A stretch of DNA of 64,000 nt, from positions 20,899 to 84,898 of the forward strand of contig JANRJC010000034.1 of the NCBI GenBank assembly GCA_033764335.1, given 5' to 3'. The notes under the pieces were generated by a model. The model was not told the origin of the DNA and ran no database searches. It saw nothing but the letters and a program-made list of their open reading frames with translations. Shown one piece after another: positions 63,301 through 64,000 of this stretch. The DNA is from Bacteroidia bacterium. Lineage in GTDB: Bacteria > Bacteroidota > Bacteroidia > J057. Each line of letters starts with the position of its first letter. Position 1 is the first letter of the stretch. Both the position numbers and the translations under genes were made by a program.

Positions 63301-63506
63301 GGAAAGGATCGCTTCAGGGAGAAATCCTCGGAACGCTCACCGTGCCCTCACAGGCCGAAAGAGGCAAATGGATCGTAAGAGACGCCCAAATTCAAGCGGC
63401 TGACGGTAATCAGGATATTTATTTCATCTTTGACAGACCACAGCAGCCCGACCGCAACCTGATGCAGTTGGAGTGGATCGGGCTTTCCGATAAAATCGAA
63501 GGCTGA
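60330..63506 (+). CDS. Multidomain secreted protein: ThuA-like N-terminus + PQQ-dependent sugar (glucose/sorbosone) dehydrogenase beta-propeller + PKD + c-type cytochrome + C-terminal carbohydrate-binding-like domain
   Basis: Lipoprotein-like signal (LILSLGMGC). GLLGLTIDPEFEDNHLIYLYYS and CHSGGSVKFGPDGNLYLSTGD (sGDH motifs). PKD (PMTVSFSAEGS...YTFEKPGIYPVKMVATD). Haem-binding CKSCH with downstream GVWGEKIMAGHP. A beta-sandwich-like tail. Confidence 0.8.
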   Translation: MKHFTYGLLLFLILSLGMGCGEKGSFTRKEKSLLLVSNEEVMLPQSFIAALNDIKVDTTRNLSLLNEENLRNYSGIVFFNYNPDTIAVQAQSDIERYVQAGGGLLAINSPTSSPYYWAWYHRIFSSDTTHSSVIPVSNTSGNNAAISQILYDGGKVALVNFALPEIKPEDWAQAISFIIGKNTWSPSKIHSPRAPSWSRFTKVVLDGYDVDEPMELAVLPDGKVIYIERKGKMKLYDPALGKSKLLAKFDVCTEGNYEDGLLGLTIDPEFEDNHLIYLYYSPPCEIKEQYLSQFYLHHDSLILASEKVILKVAVQRETCCHSGGSVKFGPDGNLYLSTGDNTSSKESDGYTPIDERPGRYPYDAQKSSANTHDLRGKILRIKPTAYGTYQIPDGNLFPKDGSQGRPEIYIMGARNPFRIAIDPKTHYLYWGDVGPDVGENGRYGPESFDEWNQAKKPGYYGWPYFVGDNKAYPDRNFESDEVGELFNPERPLNNSPHNTGVQLLPPAQKAYIWYPKGISPEFPMLGKGSNSAMAGPIYYQELFPENSRVRFPEYYNGKFFIYEWARSWIKVVTMDPNGNVTQIEPFLPEEEFVKPIEMEFGPDGALYMLEYGQNYFLKNPEARLVRIEYAAGNRLPVPKITADKKAGAAPMTVSFSAEGSRDYDEGDSLRYAWYFTGTRPQANGKQVSYTFEKPGIYPVKMVATDMAGESEEVTLSIQVGNQPPEIDIQVAGNQQFFFDTQPRPYQVSVSDKEEGTIDPTKAMIRLVYIRDGNDLEVALGGSSPVSASLRFVKGQQLIQASDCKSCHDMDKSSVGPSYLKIAEKYEASSENINLLAEKILSGGNGVWGEKIMAGHPQHTLEETREMTRYILSLGKAETNLPSQGLLSLDKHEADETGAYLFSVTYSDKGANGITSLSTRKNFILKAPYLSPDDADEKDKIGLNPDQDNHNKVIVRWMRENAFLHYKQVDMTGVKSLSFRIAPEAGGTITIRKGSLQGEILGTLTVPSQAERGKWIVRDAQIQAADGNQDIYFIFDRPQQPDRNLMQLEWIGLSDKIEG

Positions 63507-64000
63507 TTATTTTTTTAAGATACCATCGTAATTACTGCCCATATATGCTCCCCATTTTACCGGAGTATATATGGGCACTTCGGTATCCAGCCGGTTGACC
63601 TGCATACCGTCGAAAGTAAAGGTATGACGGGTATTGGTGGCATGGCAATAGATAATATCCAGCTTACCGTTTCCATCCAGATCGCCGATCCAGGGGGTGG
63701 AAGCGATATTATTTCCCTCAAAAGTGTTTTCGAGTTGGATGACTTCATTTTGGGTAAAATCAACTACTACCAGCATATTCTGGAAGGTTTTCCGAAAAAG
63801 TTCATCCACAATCTGATAGTTTACGCTCATCAGCACCTCGTCCCGGCCATCGCCGGTGAGGTCGGCGACTACGGCCGTACTCGTCTGGTAAAAACCCAGT
63901 GAGTCCGAAAACACAATTTCACCTTTGGCTCCATCCACCATAAACTGCCGGTTCCATTCGAGTTTCGGCCATTCTCCCTGCGCTACCGAAACAAAAAAAT
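63507..64000 (-). CDS. FG-GAP/VCBS-repeat protein, C-terminal part (5' end beyond the window)
   Basis: Repeats LTGDGRDEVLMSV and IGDLDGNGKLDIIYC. The frame stays open upstream of the listed Met (…FFVSVAQGEWPKLEWNRQF-MVDG…) to position 64000. Confidence 0.7.
   Translation of the reverse strand, partial: FFVSVAQGEWPKLEWNRQFMVDGAKGEIVFSDSLGFYQTSTAVVADLTGDGRDEVLMSVNYQIVDELFRKTFQNMLVVVDFTQNEVIQLENTFEGNNIASTPWIGDLDGNGKLDIIYCHATNTRHTFTFDGMQVNRLDTEVPIYTPVKWGAYMGSNYDGILKK

Overview
This is a 64 kb chromosomal segment that looks bacterial and Bacteroidota-like. Supporting signs are several T9SS C-terminal sorting domains, DUF4199, LytTR/Y_Y_Y two-component sensors, and dense genes with many 4-bp ATGA overlaps. 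I support about 55 protein genes, one tRNA-Pro(GGG), two decayed AAA_14/DUF4143 ATPase genes, several intrinsic terminators and a few non-coding repeats or palindromes. Housekeeping genes (alaS, fabG, a pyrR-like gene, plsC-like, tRNA-Pro) are interspersed with accessory modules:
(i) an AraC/GyrI regulator plus a MacB-type ABC pair;
(ii) a secreted protein with six tandem CHRD domains next to a LytTR two-component system;
(iii) an O-antigen-ligase/GT2 and OmpA/TolB-like envelope block;
(iv) a redox/hypoxia-style block with a FixI/CcoI-like P-type ATPase, three tandem-Usp paralogues, a PAS histidine kinase and a REC-cNMP-Crp hybrid regulator;
(v) an ECF sigma / anti-sigma / T9SS protein / TPR-CHAT protease block;
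(vi) an SQR-like flavoprotein plus TusE/DsrC-like plus DsrE-like sulfur-relay trio;
(vii) a large ThuA/PQQ-dehydrogenase/PKD/cytochrome c fusion protein.
The most interesting region is 43315-49322, a compact RiPP-type locus. A 63-aa precursor with a double-glycine leader and a Cys-free, Asp/Thr/His-rich core is followed by an attenuator-like terminator. Next come an ATP-grasp peptide ligase, a SPASM-type protein with no visible CxxxCxxC radical-SAM motif, a C39-peptidase ABC exporter and an HlyD adaptor. A HepT/MntA toxin-antitoxin pair and tRNA-Pro lie immediately downstream. All calls come from reading the translations and the DNA by eye. No database search was run, so family names are motif-based assignments.
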